A stretch of 64,000 nucleotides of DNA from Octopus sinensis (GCF_006345805.1 NC_043008.1:57040001-57104000); one strand, 5' to 3'. Counted from the first letter of the stretch, positions 26,516-40,943 are shown. Notes: generated from the letters alone by a model not told the origin. Numbers and translations are program-made.

Positions 26516-27448
26516 ATTGACATCGTTGATGTTTACATATGGCATTTTCCAAACAAGATGAGTGGTTTGCAAGTATCGAGAAGCTGAGTATTGAAGAGGT
26601 TCGTTGGAATTGTTTTGTGCATGTCTTTGAGTATCAATAACACAATTTAAAAAACAGAAACTAAATGAATAAATAAATAAACGATCGATTCAAATTTGTA
26701 TTCTCCGTTAAGATATTGCTTTTGTCAAGCACATTTCCATAATCATTCGTGTATAACATGAGGGCCTTCGATGACGAAAACATAAAAATAAATATAGAAA
26801 GCAAGAAATGCAAGAACTACATATAATAACAAGGAGTAATTTCAGTAGCACTTGAAACAAAATTGGAGAGATGTGAAGAACTAACAGTTCGATGAGTTGC
26901 CGTTAAGCTGTGAATATATTTCACTCAAAATATTTCAGCTTTGGCAGTCTTGTTTTTTTTTTAAATATTTCAATATTGATAGCAGCTGTATAATAGACGC
27001 TAGCTTTGTTGTGTTTTTAAGAATCTTGCTTTGCAACCACATGGTTTCCGGTTCTATCTCATTGTGCTACACCTTGGTCAAGCATCGGCTAATATAGCAA
27101 CGGGTTCATCAATGCCCTGTGAGCGAATTTAGTAAACAGAAACTGTGAAAGCCCTTCGTTACAAGCGTTTCCTTTTGATCATTTCCTATCTGACTGAAGA
27201 CGATGTCCTCAATGTCATACCTCCAATTTATAAATTTTACTTTTGTATATACACATCTTTTTTACTTTTGTATATACATAATAGATATGTATACACAGCA
27301 GTATTTTTAATCTAAGGAAGATTCAAGTGCATATATTCTTATATTTACTCATCGGTCTATCTATCTACCTATCTATCTATCTATCTATCTATCTTTCTGT
27401 CTGTCTGTCTATCTACTATTTATCTCTCTCTATATATATATTATATAC

Positions 27449-27482
<34 letters not shown>

Positions 27483-27486
<4 letters not shown>

Positions 27487-27650
27487 AGAATTCACAAAGA
27501 AACAAAAGACGAAGACTGGTGGTGTAGACAATAAACAGATGCATTAGTTTAACGCTCGGGAAGTGAAAAAGTCTTTAACATTTCAAGCCTACGCTCTTCC
27601 ACAGAAAGGAACACAGAAAGAAACAAGGAGAGATAATAAAGAGAGAATAT
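27483..27650 (-). mobile_element. family D copy, motif at 27573-27608
   Basis: CUUU-CUGUGGA-A-GAGC(guag)GCUU-GAA-AUGU-U-AAAG, with the same flanks as 35779-35945. Confidence 0.65.
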
Positions 27651-27720
27651 ATATATATATATATATATGTGTGTGTATATAGGCTGTATATACATAAATT
27701 TATGTATGTATGTATGTATA

Positions 27721-27754
<34 letters not shown>

Positions 27755-28113
27755 CATATATATATATACATATATATATATATACACACACGAAAATATC
27801 TATGTATATGTACTTAGAATTCTGCAAAGTTCTAAACAAATATTTCAAGCCAAACCCTTACAAATTGATGTTATTATCTGCGTATATTTTCCCTTTATAC
27901 TGGTTCAAGCTAATGTTTTGAAGCCAAGCCGCAACCATGCTGGAACTGTCTGCATTATTCAATATGATGAATGTTCTACACAGTGCATTACAGGGTATTA
28001 TTCACCGCATTTCCCCTTTCAATTGCATAACTTTTCCATCTACGTCAAGGAATACATATATATTACAAATGATAAGCACGTTCCTATTTTCCTATGAGAA
28101 ATACTATTCTATG

Positions 28114-28180
<67 letters not shown>

Positions 28181-28724
28181 TTTGTACTACGGTACGTGTT
28201 TCTACGAAGCAATTGAAAGCAGAAAATTCTATCTAATATGAATTTATTTCAATCCTGGAAGATGGGTAAAACAAATTATACATTAGCATGAAATGCTTCC
28301 ATGGATATATTCTATGTTTAGATTACCTGAGAGAATTGAATAACGTTCGACTTTTAAACCAATGTTGGTATTTCGTACACGAAGCTTTTCATAAATTACA
28401 AGAATTTACAACTCTTGTATTTTCTTTCTGCTGCCCTTGTTATTAAGTTGGAGTGAAATAAATCTTCCTTTTATAAATTTATATAGGGTTCGAAAGTGTT
28501 GGAAATAGCATTTACTCCAAGTTTGATGCAGTATATTGAGGAAAGGTTAATGTTAGTAGAGCAATGTTGTGTTAATAATCTTGGCCAAACTCGTGCTAAA
28601 TTTGTGTACAATAGAACAATTTGTCAATTGCACCTCGAAATATCTCTAGTATAGAGGGTACATATAAAATGTTTATACTCAAACGGTAATATAATGTATA
28701 AACTCAAACGGTAATATAATGATA

Positions 28725-28955
28725 AGGAGGCGAGCTGGCAGAAACGTTTGCACGCCGGCGAAATGCGTTGCCGTATTTCGTCTGCCGTTACGTTCTGAGT
28801 TCAAATTCCGCCGAGGTCGACTTTGCCTTTCATCCTTTCGGGGTCGATAAATTAAGTACCAGTTACGCACTGGGGTTGATATAATCGACTTAATTCGTTT
28901 GTCTGTCCTTGTTTGTCCTCTCTGTGTTTAGCCCCTTGTGGGTAGTAAAGAAATA
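28725..28955 (+). mobile_element. SINE family A with a 15-bp target-site duplication
   Basis: GGTAATATAATGATA occurs at 28710-28724 and 28956-28970. Confidence 0.9.
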
Positions 28956-30676
28956 GGTAATATAATGATACGCCAGCAAACATATACAGTTTGCGACTGT
29001 TGTTATTGATATCATGATCCACGTTGCTGTCGTTGGCTTTGCCGTCATTGTATTGTTTAGTTCTTATTCAATGTTTATTTACTTCACTAACGTGATGTAA
29101 AGCTTTACATTTTGGATCAGCTATGTATATTTTGTTAGTAGATTTCATCTGGGACTACACATAACAAAGCGTCTTACCTTTCGTTTTAAGATGGTAGCGT
29201 ATGAAAACATGTGACCTTACCTTTTGTATAAGGTGTTAGTTTTAAGTTCGGGCTTTCGATTTTTGGATCGGGTGTCGCGATTTTACCTTGAGCATAGTGG
29301 CACTTTATTTTCACGCTAGCCATTGAAATAGCTGAAAATCATTGCTATGACAGCACTCTCTCAACGAATGCCCCATTATGGACGTTCTGCTGGGTCAAGC
29401 CTGAGAGGTGTGTGAGAGATTCTGTCTTCTTGCCAGTACATAGTTATCTAAAACAATTAACGAAAGTATATTGGCTTATATTGACTTATATTGGCTGCGA
29501 ATAGTTTCTAAGCTCTCGATGTGATTTGAGATGAATTTGAATGATATTTTCTATCATGTCACACCTCGGGGTACATCTCCATTTATTTTCTAGACTATTT
29601 ACTATTTAAACTATATAAAACATAATCAAAATCTCTATGCACGATAAATCTTTTAAAGCAGAAATACAATTCATGTATTTACCATCTATAGACTAGAGAA
29701 TCTGAATGAGATCATTGTAAACTGATATGAGAGGCAAAACAAATACGATCACTAAACAATGTTACTATGATACATCACATGTGCACGTCACTTACAAACG
29801 TCGCCCATTTTAAATTTTATTTGGTGGTTTAAATTAATTTGAATTTTAAAATAGTTAATTAAGATAGCTCTCATCTTTGATTCAATTCATTAGTTCTAGA
29901 GATGAATGTCTCCTTCTTAAGCTTCGCAGTGAAGATAAGCTAAATAGATAACAGTGTTAATCGTGAAAAGTGTAAACAGCGATGCAAGAGCTCTAGTCTT
30001 AAGTGTGTATTAATCAGAAGGGTGAGAGGGGGAAATGATTATGAATATAAACGAATTTACTTTGCTGTGGGCTGCAGATTTAGCAAAACTAATTTGTATC
30101 TAAACCAATGAAAATTAAGTCCTTCCACTTCTATTTTTATTTCGTTACTGATATGCCTTGCTAGATCCGCTTGCTGATTGCTTCTATTGAAGCTATTGTC
30201 TCTGCCACAAAATATCACTTTCCTTGTTTCTGAAGAAAGATTTTCAATGCATCAAGTATAACATGTTATAAAAAGTGGATTAGATTTAATGCAAACGAAA
30301 TTTTCATACACAAGGGGTGGTTTTTTAGCTGTATTTTTTCTTGTGTTAACAGAAAAAAAAAAAACAGATATTATTTTTCATACAAGGCTCTCCCTTCGTA
30401 AGAGCTTATCTGAATTGTGAAAGAAAATTAATTTTGCCAGATTGAAAGAAAAGCTTAATAAAACTTGTTAGTTAGGGCAGTGTGGGATTCAACCGACACT
30501 GCATGATGATGAAATACAAATAAAAAAGAAGCAAAGTTTTGTTTGATATAATCACACTTGAGCGAAAAGCGTTTTGATATTATTAATTAAGGTTAGATTA
30601 ATTTCGGTTCACGTTAGATTCATTTAATTCATTAATTAATTCAAGCAAAAAATACAATATATTTTAAAGGTTTTGA

Positions 30677-30727
<51 letters not shown>

Positions 30728-30770
30728 AGTGTGTGTGTATGTGTACATATATATGTAGGTATATATATGT

Positions 30771-30806
<36 letters not shown>

Positions 30807-31300
30807 ACGCATGCGTAGGTACACACATGCATACACACGTACATGAACACACATACAGATATACAAGCATGCATGCATACATACATAAATACATACATAC
30901 GTACATACGTATGTACAGATATTTATACATACACTTTTATTCTAAGTCACAACATTCATTAAAGTTTAGCTCAATTATCTTTCATTAATCCTAAATTAAT
31001 TAAAAAAACTTTTTATTTATCGGTGCATTTTGCTTCTTTTTAATTTTATTATTTATTAGATAAATATTGAAGGCTTACATGGGGGCCATGTATCAATATC
31101 GAATTATTTCAGATTATATAAAGTTATGCGAAATCTTGTCACTATAACATTTAGTTTCTCTTTCGCAGGTCAAATGGTAGCAGTAGAAGTACACTAAAAT
31201 ATCCCTCAATCCTCAGCATTACCAGTTCTAATCTCGTCGACGTCAATTTCATAAAACCTCTAATGAATTTATATTGTTCTTAAGCAATATAAATTGTTTA

Positions 31301-31715
31301 TAGGCTCTGTGGTAAGTAGCTTGCTTACGAACCACATGGTTCCAGGTTCAGCCCCACTACTTGGCATCTTGAGCAAGTGTCTTCTACTATAGCCCCGGGC
31401 CGACCAAAGCATTGTCAGTAGATTTGGTAGACGGAAACTGAAAGAACCCCGTCGTATATATGTATATATATATATATATGTATGTGTGTACACGCACACA
31501 TATATATACATACGCTTGTGTGCCTGTGTTCGTCCCTCCAACATCACTTGTCAACCGATGCTGGTGTGTTTACGTCCCCGTAACTTAGCGGTTCGGCAAA
31601 AGGGTCCGATAGAATAAGTACTAGGCTTACAAAGAATAAGTCCTGGGATTGATTTGCTCGACTAAAGGCGGTGTTCCAGCATGTTCGCAGTTGAATGACT
31701 GAAACTAGTAAAAGA
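31301..31715 (+). mobile_element. SINE family B (tRNA-like head, internal TA/TG microsatellite, LINE-like tail)
   Basis: gtggtaagtagcttgct...ggttcagccccact...gggccgaccaaagc...gacggaaactgaaagaa, then a microsatellite, then cttagcggttcggcaaaa...ccagcatg...gactgaaac. Confidence 0.85.
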
Positions 31716-31934
31716 AACAAATAAGATGATAATTAGTTTCGAACCCTGATACAGCGGAGAAATTTGTCAACAAACAGTCATGATATATTCACATTGATTA
31801 AATCAACTGCCTCTCCTGCCCTAGAATACTAGTTGTCTTCCGTTAATATAGAGAACTATCATACGGAATATTTTTTTTTAAATTTGCTGTGATACTATGC
31901 AAATGACTTTATCATTACATCTAGATATACAGAC

Positions 31935-32005
<71 letters not shown>

Positions 32006-32219
32006 CAGACGCCTACATACACACACGTACATATATATCTATATATATACATGCATTGCAGGTAAACGATATGGAAAGTGACCGTTAACTTAATTGTTTC
32101 TCAGTTAATTGGGGCCCACCCAAAATATATCGTTTCTAATTTGTCCTACAATCTAAATTTACGGAGTCCATTTTTGCTTGTCTTTGTCACTTTTGTGTAG
32201 TCTTGTTGAATATTTTTAC

Positions 32220-33610
32220 AGTGTATTGACTTGTGATGCACATCCTGGTGAAAGAAATTGGCTTCCACTTTTCGTGTTTACAAACCAGAACTGAAGCAAT
32301 TAGAACGATCGAATTCTTGTAAATAATATTAATGTATCCGCAAATGTGTACCAAAGGTACCGAACAAACAATGGTAATGTGTCTATAAATGGCATAAATG
32401 ATTATTTCTTGTATTCTTTCTAATATACAGTGTACATTGGTATTAAATGTAGTTAGCGATGTATTCAAAAGTAGTTGGTCCATGATCTGGTTGATAGCAT
32501 TTGTGAGTTTAGTAAAAATGGAAAACAGTAAACTTAATTGGATGTCTGATTAATAATCTTGTAAATGTATTAGAACGGATTTATATTTGGAGTTGGATAT
32601 TACGATAAATTTCTGCTCGAAAGCTTTACTACGGTAAAACAGATATGATTATTTGCTTGAAAGTTTTCGTCTTTTAACACACAACTAGGAGTGTATAAAT
32701 TCAATTAGCATCAACGGATATTTATTCAATGTTGCATGGTTTTGAAGTTGCTACAAATTCTTGTTCAAATGAACTTACGATTTTTTTTCTTTTCCAATAT
32801 ACATCTCAATAATGGATGCAAGATTACCATAAATGTAACAGATCCGCTACTTTTTCGGCTGCACGTTGATTTAATTTTCCTTAGCATTTTTGTAGGGATG
32901 TTTGCACAAATTGCTTCTTCAACATATCTAATTCTTAAAAGTATATATACAATCAATATTATATTATCAATTACAAGAACGGATCAAGAAGCAATTGTGC
33001 ACACACTCACATGTAGGTATTTTCTTTCATATACATACAATCCGTCTGTGTTTTTGGAGTCGGTACAAACTTTTCGTGAGTTATTTAAGTTGTATAAGTA
33101 TAATTTTAACTATTGACGGTTATGGGAGAATAAATGGCGGTATCCTCTTTGTAAATGTACACCTTATTAGTAATAACGCTTAGCAAGATCGCTGAAATTG
33201 GCAGGAATTGTAAAAGAGAGAAAACCAAATCATTGGAAACAGTGATTATCGGACATAATTCCATCAGTACTAGTCAAAATGGCGCAATCTGACAAGAAGT
33301 CTCATTGGTTCAAGAATGGAGAGAGGAGAAATCCCGAAGTCTTTCTAAGACAATTGCGTGCCCAATGCGGTGCAATGATTTAATGAAAGAAAAATATTTG
33401 GACAAATTTCTGGAGGAGGAGGACAAACTCCTGAACGACAAAGTGGGTTTCCAGTAGACCCACTTTGTCATTCAGGAGTTTGTCTAAATCTCTAAAGTAC
33501 CTGTAGAGCACTGTGGTTAATGTAATCAACAAGATCCCTCCCCACAATTCTTCTGTCCTGGCGCTTATAGTAGAAAAGTTTATTATCAAAATCTTTTTCC
33601 GACATTGACC
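32220..33610 (+). pseudogene. probable decayed leucine-rich-repeat (possibly Toll-like ectodomain) coding sequence
   Basis: LRR-like segments occur in shifting frames: KTVNLIGCLINNL, LELDITINFC, FAQIASSTYLILKS, TFRELFKLYKYNF, SLETVIIGHNSIS and SLKYL*STVVNVINKIP. There are many stops and frameshifts. The block has no microsatellites. Confidence 0.4.
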
Positions 33611-33721
33611 ATATCTACCATCGAATAAATATGGTGAAATAGAATATCATTAGATAATAAGTAATACAAAATATATAATATAAACTAAAACATATACCTC
33701 TATATAAACATAGGAGGAGAA

Positions 33722-34058
33722 AACCCCCTTCGGTCATGAATGACCGTGGGATTGCACATAGAAAGTTACCCTCCGAGGCACAAGTCAGGGCAAGATTGTT
33801 TATGGAAGGCTAGCAGTCGCCCATGCATACCAGCCTCCCCTCTCCACACCACTGATGTTATCCAAGGGAAATGCAAAGGGGCCGATACAGCTTGGCACCA
33901 GTGATGCTGCAACTCATTTCTACAGCTGAGTTAACTGGAGCAACGTGAAGTAAAGTGTCTTGCTCAAGAACACAACATACAGCCTGGTCCGGGAATCGAA
34001 CTCACAACCTCACGATCGTAAGCTCTACGATCTAACCACTAAGCCATGCGCCTTCGCA
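33722..34058 (-). mobile_element. tRNA-derived SINE, same head and central domain as 19891-20140, different tail
   Basis: The reverse complement contains tggcttagtggttag, gagttcgattccc and cttgagcaagacactttacttcacgttgctccagttaactcagctg. Confidence 0.85.
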
Positions 34059-34755
34059 TATGAACATAAGCGTGTATGATATTACATGTCTGTGTAAGGT
34101 GGCGTGCTGGCTAAATCGTTAGCAGGCAGGACAAAAATGCTTACCTTCTGCTTTCAAATTCCATCGAGATCAACCTTGCCTTTCAGCCTTCCGAAAGGCT
34201 GTTAGACAGCCGCTGACCTTTAAGGTTAGCATACTTATGCTGCAACAAATTCTACTCTAGTCGTAATAATCCGTCCTATGTTTTTCAGACATACAATATT
34301 CAATAGGGAAAATTTGCGACAGATTTACCTTAGTATATCAAGCAGCTCCTCATGTTATAATACAAAGTTGGTAACTGACTTCCAAACTGTATCTAAAACA
34401 ACTAACTTTTCATGTAAGATACTTTTTTCTTATTTCTACTGTAGTAAATTATTTATATACTTTTTCACACGGAGGTCGAAAACTACCTTAAAATTTTCAT
34501 TTAGTTGTCGCTCTAGAACAGAATATCGTGAAAGAAAACCGAAAACAATCTACGTATGTTATTATTTGCCGAAGCATTTATCGAATAACATGGTATGTGT
34601 CATCAGTTATGTTTCATAAAGTATTATTTACATCGCCATAACAGAGAATAAGGTAATGTTTTATTTATTTGACAAGGGGAAATATGCTTATACATAGCTA
34701 TACACACACATGTATATATACATATCCATATATATACACACACATGTATATATGC

Positions 34756-34807
<52 letters not shown>

Positions 34808-34859
34808 ACACACATATATGTGTGTGTTTACATATTTGTAACGGCATAAGAGATATAAG

Positions 34860-34891
<32 letters not shown>

Positions 34892-34944
34892 CACGCATAT
34901 GTATGTGTGTGTTTACATATTTGCAACACCTAAGAGATATAAGC

Positions 34945-34980
<36 letters not shown>

Positions 34981-35735
34981 TGGAGGAGATCAGAGTTTAA
35001 ATGTCTGTTATATAATATATAATCATCACGGAAACATTGTACAGGGAAATGCTTTTCTAGAGAAGAAACATATAAACGCAAGTAATAAAACTACTTCATA
35101 CAAACCCATTTTAAAATAACCTTATATTACATGCTACTGTTATTGTTTCGAGATTTGGCTGTGGCTACAATTATTGTTTATTTTCAAACTGGCATTCATC
35201 GATCAGAACTATGATCATAGTTGAGCAAGCCGTAAGAATCCCATCTGATATATAAAGCTACGTTATTACATGTGTTTCATTTTTTCTTTTATTTTGAGAA
35301 TTAATAGCTAGCGCTTTCCATCCGTTTCATTCGTTTACTGATAAATCTGAAGCCCCCGCCAATCAAAGTTGACAATTCATCTTCACATGTATAAACAAGC
35401 ATGGGCAAGATTTCTTCTTTTTTTTTTTAAGGAGGCCGGTAGTGCCCACGCCTCTATACACCCAATGTTTACTTGAAGAGAAAAAGTTCGCTGACTTGGG
35501 TCTCCTCACACATATGGCCCCATATAACCGGGGATCTGAACCCTTTCATTCATGTGCATGAGCTTTTAATTAAATAGAGCAAACAAGCCAACCAGTGACT
35601 GAATAAATATCACTCCAGTTATTGTGTGTACTCAGTGCCACTCCTGTTCATTGTTTACCCATTGGTATCTCTTTCTATCTATCATCTCTTTCACTCTCTA
35701 TCTCTCGTTCTCCCTCTCTCTGTCGCAACCCATAG

Positions 35736-35778
<43 letters not shown>

Positions 35779-35781
<3 letters not shown>

Positions 35782-35945
35782 GGAGAATTCACAAAAAAAC
35801 AAAAGATGAAAACAGGTGGTGTAGACAACAAACAGATGTATTAGTATAACGCTTGGGGAGTGAACATGTCTTTAACGTTTCGAGCCTACGCTCTTCCACA
35901 GAATGGAACACAGAAGGAAACAAGGAGAGAAAATAAAGAATGTGT
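35779..35945 (-). mobile_element. short dispersed repeat (family D) with a variant hammerhead-like motif at 35870-35905
   Basis: CUGUGGA-A-GAGC(guag)GCUC-GAA-ACGU-U|-AAAG. The element ends gtgaattctccc-(TA)n. Confidence 0.65.
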
Positions 35946-37139
35946 AGTGGCTAGCGATCTATCATGGCGTTTCAGACATTGGCTTGTGGCCATGCTTCGG
36001 TACCATATCCAAGAGTTCCGACCAACTGTATTACGACATATGTTCCTTATATGCGTTTCTAGTTTCTTAGTCATTGTCACTATAGGGTAGGGAAATCATG
36101 CAAAGAGTTATTTTGACATTTAACATGGACGAGAAAATTTAGTCGATAATGAAGACAGCTGGAAACCTCTGCTTCGTTTTAGCTTCTGCATTGGATATAG
36201 CAAGAGCAATTGGATGTTTAACCAGAAGAAAACATCTGGGGAAATTTTCATTGCATTATGTTACAGAAGTCAAATTAGTGTGTACGCATATGTCTGTGTA
36301 TACGTGCCGTGTACGTGTGTGTGTGTGTGTGTGTGTAACTGTGTGTATTTATGTAGTAACAATAATAGAGGCTCTGTACATATGATTTAGTACTACGCGG
36401 CACCACGGTCCATCCATAATTAAATTTCTGACTATAATTATTTGGAACGATATAATGATCATGTCTATTGATTTACAAACAGATGCTGCAACAGAGACAC
36501 ATATCTGGCATTTGTTTACTGGTTTACAACAATGTAAGCGTAAGATATTTCTTTCCGAGCGCTCTCTCATGCACTTCCACCATTATGAATATCCTTATAT
36601 ATAGCGGATAATCGATGATCATCACCGAATACTCTAGAAAAGGCAATATATATATATGTATGCCTGAGTGTGTGTGTTTGTGTATATGTTTTTGTGTAGT
36701 GCCTGTGGGTGTATGTGCATATTTATAAGTGTGCGTGCACGTTTGTTTGTCTCAGGGTTAATTTAGTTATTTCATCGAAGACCGAAATAATGAACTGCCT
36801 TAATCTTTTTTCGAAACTCATTGGCTTCTCATTGATGTCTACATCAATAAGGACCAATGTCAGAAAAACAAACAACCAATTTGTTTATGTACACAACAAA
36901 TCAGTATGCTACAGAAAACCGCTAGGGTTGTCACTTCGCTTGTTTTTTGTTTGTTTTTGTTTTTTTGTACTATTTTTGTAGATGTTCCAATGCTATCTGA
37001 ATTAACAGGAAAAATATTTCTAGCCAAGTGTTTCATGACATTCTTTTGTAGTTATATACTATCTTTTCCACAATTCTTATTTATCGTTTTTGAAATTTGA
37101 ATAAAATTTACCTCGTGGGTCGACTGAAACATTCACTAA

Positions 37140-38080
37140 AGGAATGTGGCCAAATAAGTTATTTTTTCAACATAGTTCCCATTACGGTCCACGCACTTCT
37201 TCCATTGAATTTGCAGTGCTTCGATCCCAGATTGGGCCAAATCAGAATAATTGGGAGGGTAACCAACCAGTTAAAAGACACAATCACGCTCTTCAGACAT
37301 TGAAACCAAGTTTGTGTGTAATGTGGCATTGTCTTGAAACAAAACCCTTTTGCGTCAGTTACCCTGAGTATTTGCCCTTGAAAGCCTTTCGTAACTGCCT
37401 CAGCATCTAGGCGTAGTACTCTCCATTGGTCTTGTGGCCCTGTTGAAGATAAAATTCAATAAAATTTTGGGGATGCCTTTTGCATCCCCAAAAACATGAG
37501 CCACCACCTTCTCTGCTGATGAAAATACTTTGGCCTTTTGGAGAGCAGATGAGGCGGGTGTTTTCACTCCATTGATTTACCTTTTTTTGTTTTTGGTTCA
37601 AAGTGATATACTCAGAACTCGTCGTGGCTCAGGAAATGTTCAAGGAAACCAGCTGAATCTGACTCAAGTAATGTCAGATTTTTTCGTGATGTGAGTTTTG
37701 ATCAGATGTCAGAATACGTGGCACCCACTGAGCATAAACCTTCGTCATGCCAAATTCGTTGAGCAGAATATTCTTAGGTCTCTCATGGGATACGCTTATA
37801 GCAATGGCTATTGGGTTTTAAGCCAATAGCCTGTCGTCTATACTATATGCTGAACACGACCAATGGTTTCCACAGTGGTGACAGTTGCAGGATGTCCAGA
37901 CCTTGTGTGGTTTTCAAGGCCCTCCCGCCCATCCTAAATTCATCTGTCCACTTCACACTGTTGATAAAGCTGGAGTGTCTTCTGATGTAGTAACTATATC
38001 AGCAGGAATGCCTTTGGTGGCTAAGTACATTTTTTTTGCAGGTACTTGATAACATCACGATGCAAAGGTTTGTCTATTTT
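37140..38080 (-). mobile_element. mariner (DD34D-type) transposase pseudogene with an internal deletion
   Basis: An HTH region (HRDVIKYLQ...TRSGHPATVT) is followed by FWGCK...GEYYA, FQDNATLH, YSDLAQS and GIEALQIQWKKCVDRNGNYVEK. Confidence 0.85.
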
Positions 38081-38477
38081 AAGAGAAGTGGTTACCAGTT
38101 ACATTTAAAGACCTCTTTCAGATGTCAGATATCAGTTTACATGAAGAAAATCAATGCCGTTCTTAACAAGAAGATTTGAAATTGGTGCATGCAAAATTCT
38201 ACAGCTCTAGCATCACACCTGAATTTTGAGCTCATTCTCAAATGATGAAGCAGTAGAAATTAGACATAGAAATGGGTCAATATTTCTTTGGTATGTATGT
38301 GTGTGCGTGTGAGTGAGTGTGTGTGTGTGTCCGTGTGTTTGCGCGTATGTGTGTGTGCATGTAACTGCCATAATATTTAATTTCCATTTTCCACACATCG
38401 TTATACAAAAAAATATATATATATATATATAAATGGACATGTACTTTCACAAATACAAACATACATCCTCATGTACA

Positions 38478-38521
<44 letters not shown>

Positions 38522-39042
38522 CGAATATATTTATATATGCATATTATATATATATATGTATACATAGTGTGCATATTATATATATAATATACATATATAC
38601 ATACATATATATATATATGTGTGTGTGTATGTATGTAAGTATTTCCGCCCCGACATCCTAAACTCGGAATGTTATTATGGCTACCGAATAATTGTCACAT
38701 ATTACATTTACAGATATATGATATATAGATATATTTGTATGTATATCTATCTATATATATATATATATATATACAAATGTATATATACATATATATATAT
38801 ATATGTATGCATGCATGTATGTATACAAACACGCATAATACACATACCCACTAGAGAAATTCACATTAGTTGAAATACAAGAAAGAATCTATTTGCGGAA
38901 ATAGGCTGTTTCATATATATTACATCAAATAAATATAACCAAAATTGTGTGTGTATATTCATATAAACATGTATAGAAACATCTATCTATTTATCCATAA
39001 ACACATACATACATATATGCATATATATGTGTATATACATAG

Positions 39043-39123
<81 letters not shown>

Positions 39124-39621
39124 ATATATATATATATTATATATATATATGCATGCATGCGTATTCCATATGGAATATAATTTACACTTGCTATGCAATA
39201 GATCTATCGCAGTCTTTCTTTCTTGTTAACGCTATTGGAGAATAGAACGCATTATAAAACGGAAATTCGATTTCCCGAAAGTGCCAATCTGACTGCTACA
39301 CACTAATTGATAAATTAGACTCAGGGATTTGCTTAGAAGAAACCTAATTTTAATCCTTATTATAGGATCCGGTGTTTGAATGAAGCAATGATAATGAAAT
39401 GTCATACGGACGCTATACTTTTTGTAACATTCCACTTTGTTGACGAATATATTGCATACCAGCCGCGTATGTTTTATATATATATATGTGTGCGTGTGTG
39501 TTTGTCTTTCTCTGTGTGTATGTGTGCTCAAATAAGTATATATGTACACATATACTTATTAATGCACCTCTATATATGCACATATATAGATGCACATATA
39601 ATAATATAATATTTATATATA

Positions 39622-40045
39622 CAGGCGAGGCTGTGTAGCAAGTAGCTTGCTTACCAAAGATATCGTTCCGGGTTCAGTAATAGTGCGTGGCACCTTGGGC
39701 AAGTGTCTTCTACTATAGACTGAGGCTGACCAAAGCATTGTGAGTAGATTTCGTTGACGGAACTGAAAGAAGCCCGTCGTATATGAGTGTGTGTGTGTGT
39801 GGTGTCTGTGTTTGTGTGTCTGTGTGTGTGTGTGTGTTTGTGTGTTTGTGCTTGTCCACCTGCCCTCGCTTGACAACCGACGTTGGTGTGTGTACGTCCG
39901 TAACTTAGCGGTTCGGCAAAAGACACCGATAGAATAAGTACTAGGCTTGCAAAGAATAAGTCCTGGTGTCGATTTGTTCTACTAAAGGCGGTGCTCCAGT
40001 ACGGCCGCAGTCATATGACTGAAACAAATGGAAGAGTAAAAGCAT
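39622..40045 (+). mobile_element. SINE family B, full length
   Basis: Same three-part layout as 31301-31715. Confidence 0.85.
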
Positions 40046-40275
40046 ATACATATCCACTATATACATATACATGTATGTGTACATGTATATGTATTTAATT
40101 TGTATACACATGTATATTTGTGTTTGAATTTATGCCTAATGCAGATTTAAAACGACCTTATCCACACACGTAAACAAACAATATTCACAATCAAATCTGC
40201 ATTCTATATATATTATATATAGATAGATATATATATATTATATATATATACATATATATGTATATATTATTATTA

Positions 40276-40313
<38 letters not shown>

Positions 40314-40596
40314 TATTATCATTATTATTATTATATTTTATTATTTTACTTGTTTCAAATGCACGCGATCGCGCACATACACAAGCTGGTAGAAAGGCGG
40401 TGAGCTAGCAGAAACGTTAGCGCGCCGGGCGTGGCCACGTTAGCATTACCTTTTTTAACCCAGGAAAACATCTTTTCCAGCACAGATATATAATAATAAA
40501 TATCTTCCTCTTTACGAGATCAGTGGTTGCGTGTCACGTTAAGAGTATATATACTTCTAACAAGAGGTAGTGCTCCCATTTTGAGCCAACGGTTAT

Positions 40597-40641
40597 TCTA
40601 TGCTGATGAAGGGCAATAACCCAGAAACAATTGTCCGCAGG
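40597..40641 (+). ncRNA. hammerhead-like motif, unit 1 of tandem dimer
   Basis: UCUAUG-CUGAUGA-A-GGG(caauaa)CCC-A-GAAA-C-AAUU-GUC|-CGCAGG. Stem III is the palindromic ACAAUUGU and stem I is imperfect. Confidence 0.65.
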
Positions 40642-40943
40642 CACTGTTTAAGGCTGAATAGGGACGTTTCTCCCGTGTTTGAGGTATAAGGAAACAGTTT
40701 TGCGAAGGTAGCCAGCTAGAAAAATGCTTTTCTTGGCTAAAAATGGTAGTAACATCATCCTAACCAAGTCTGCCAATTTATCCTGACAAATAAATTTTAT
40801 TCTGTAATACTGTTACTACTTACGTCTTGCTCAAATATTTAAAACTAAATGTTTTCCTCTTTATGAAATCAGCGACTCTGTGTTACTTTGAAAGTATATA
40901 CCTCGAACAAGACCTAGTGGTGCCAACTCGAGCCAACGGTTAT

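Noticed and set aside
25680-26572. Poly-S/V/T/Y ORFs suggesting a mucin-like gene
   Set aside because: They come from trinucleotide repeats, which are open in several frames on both strands.
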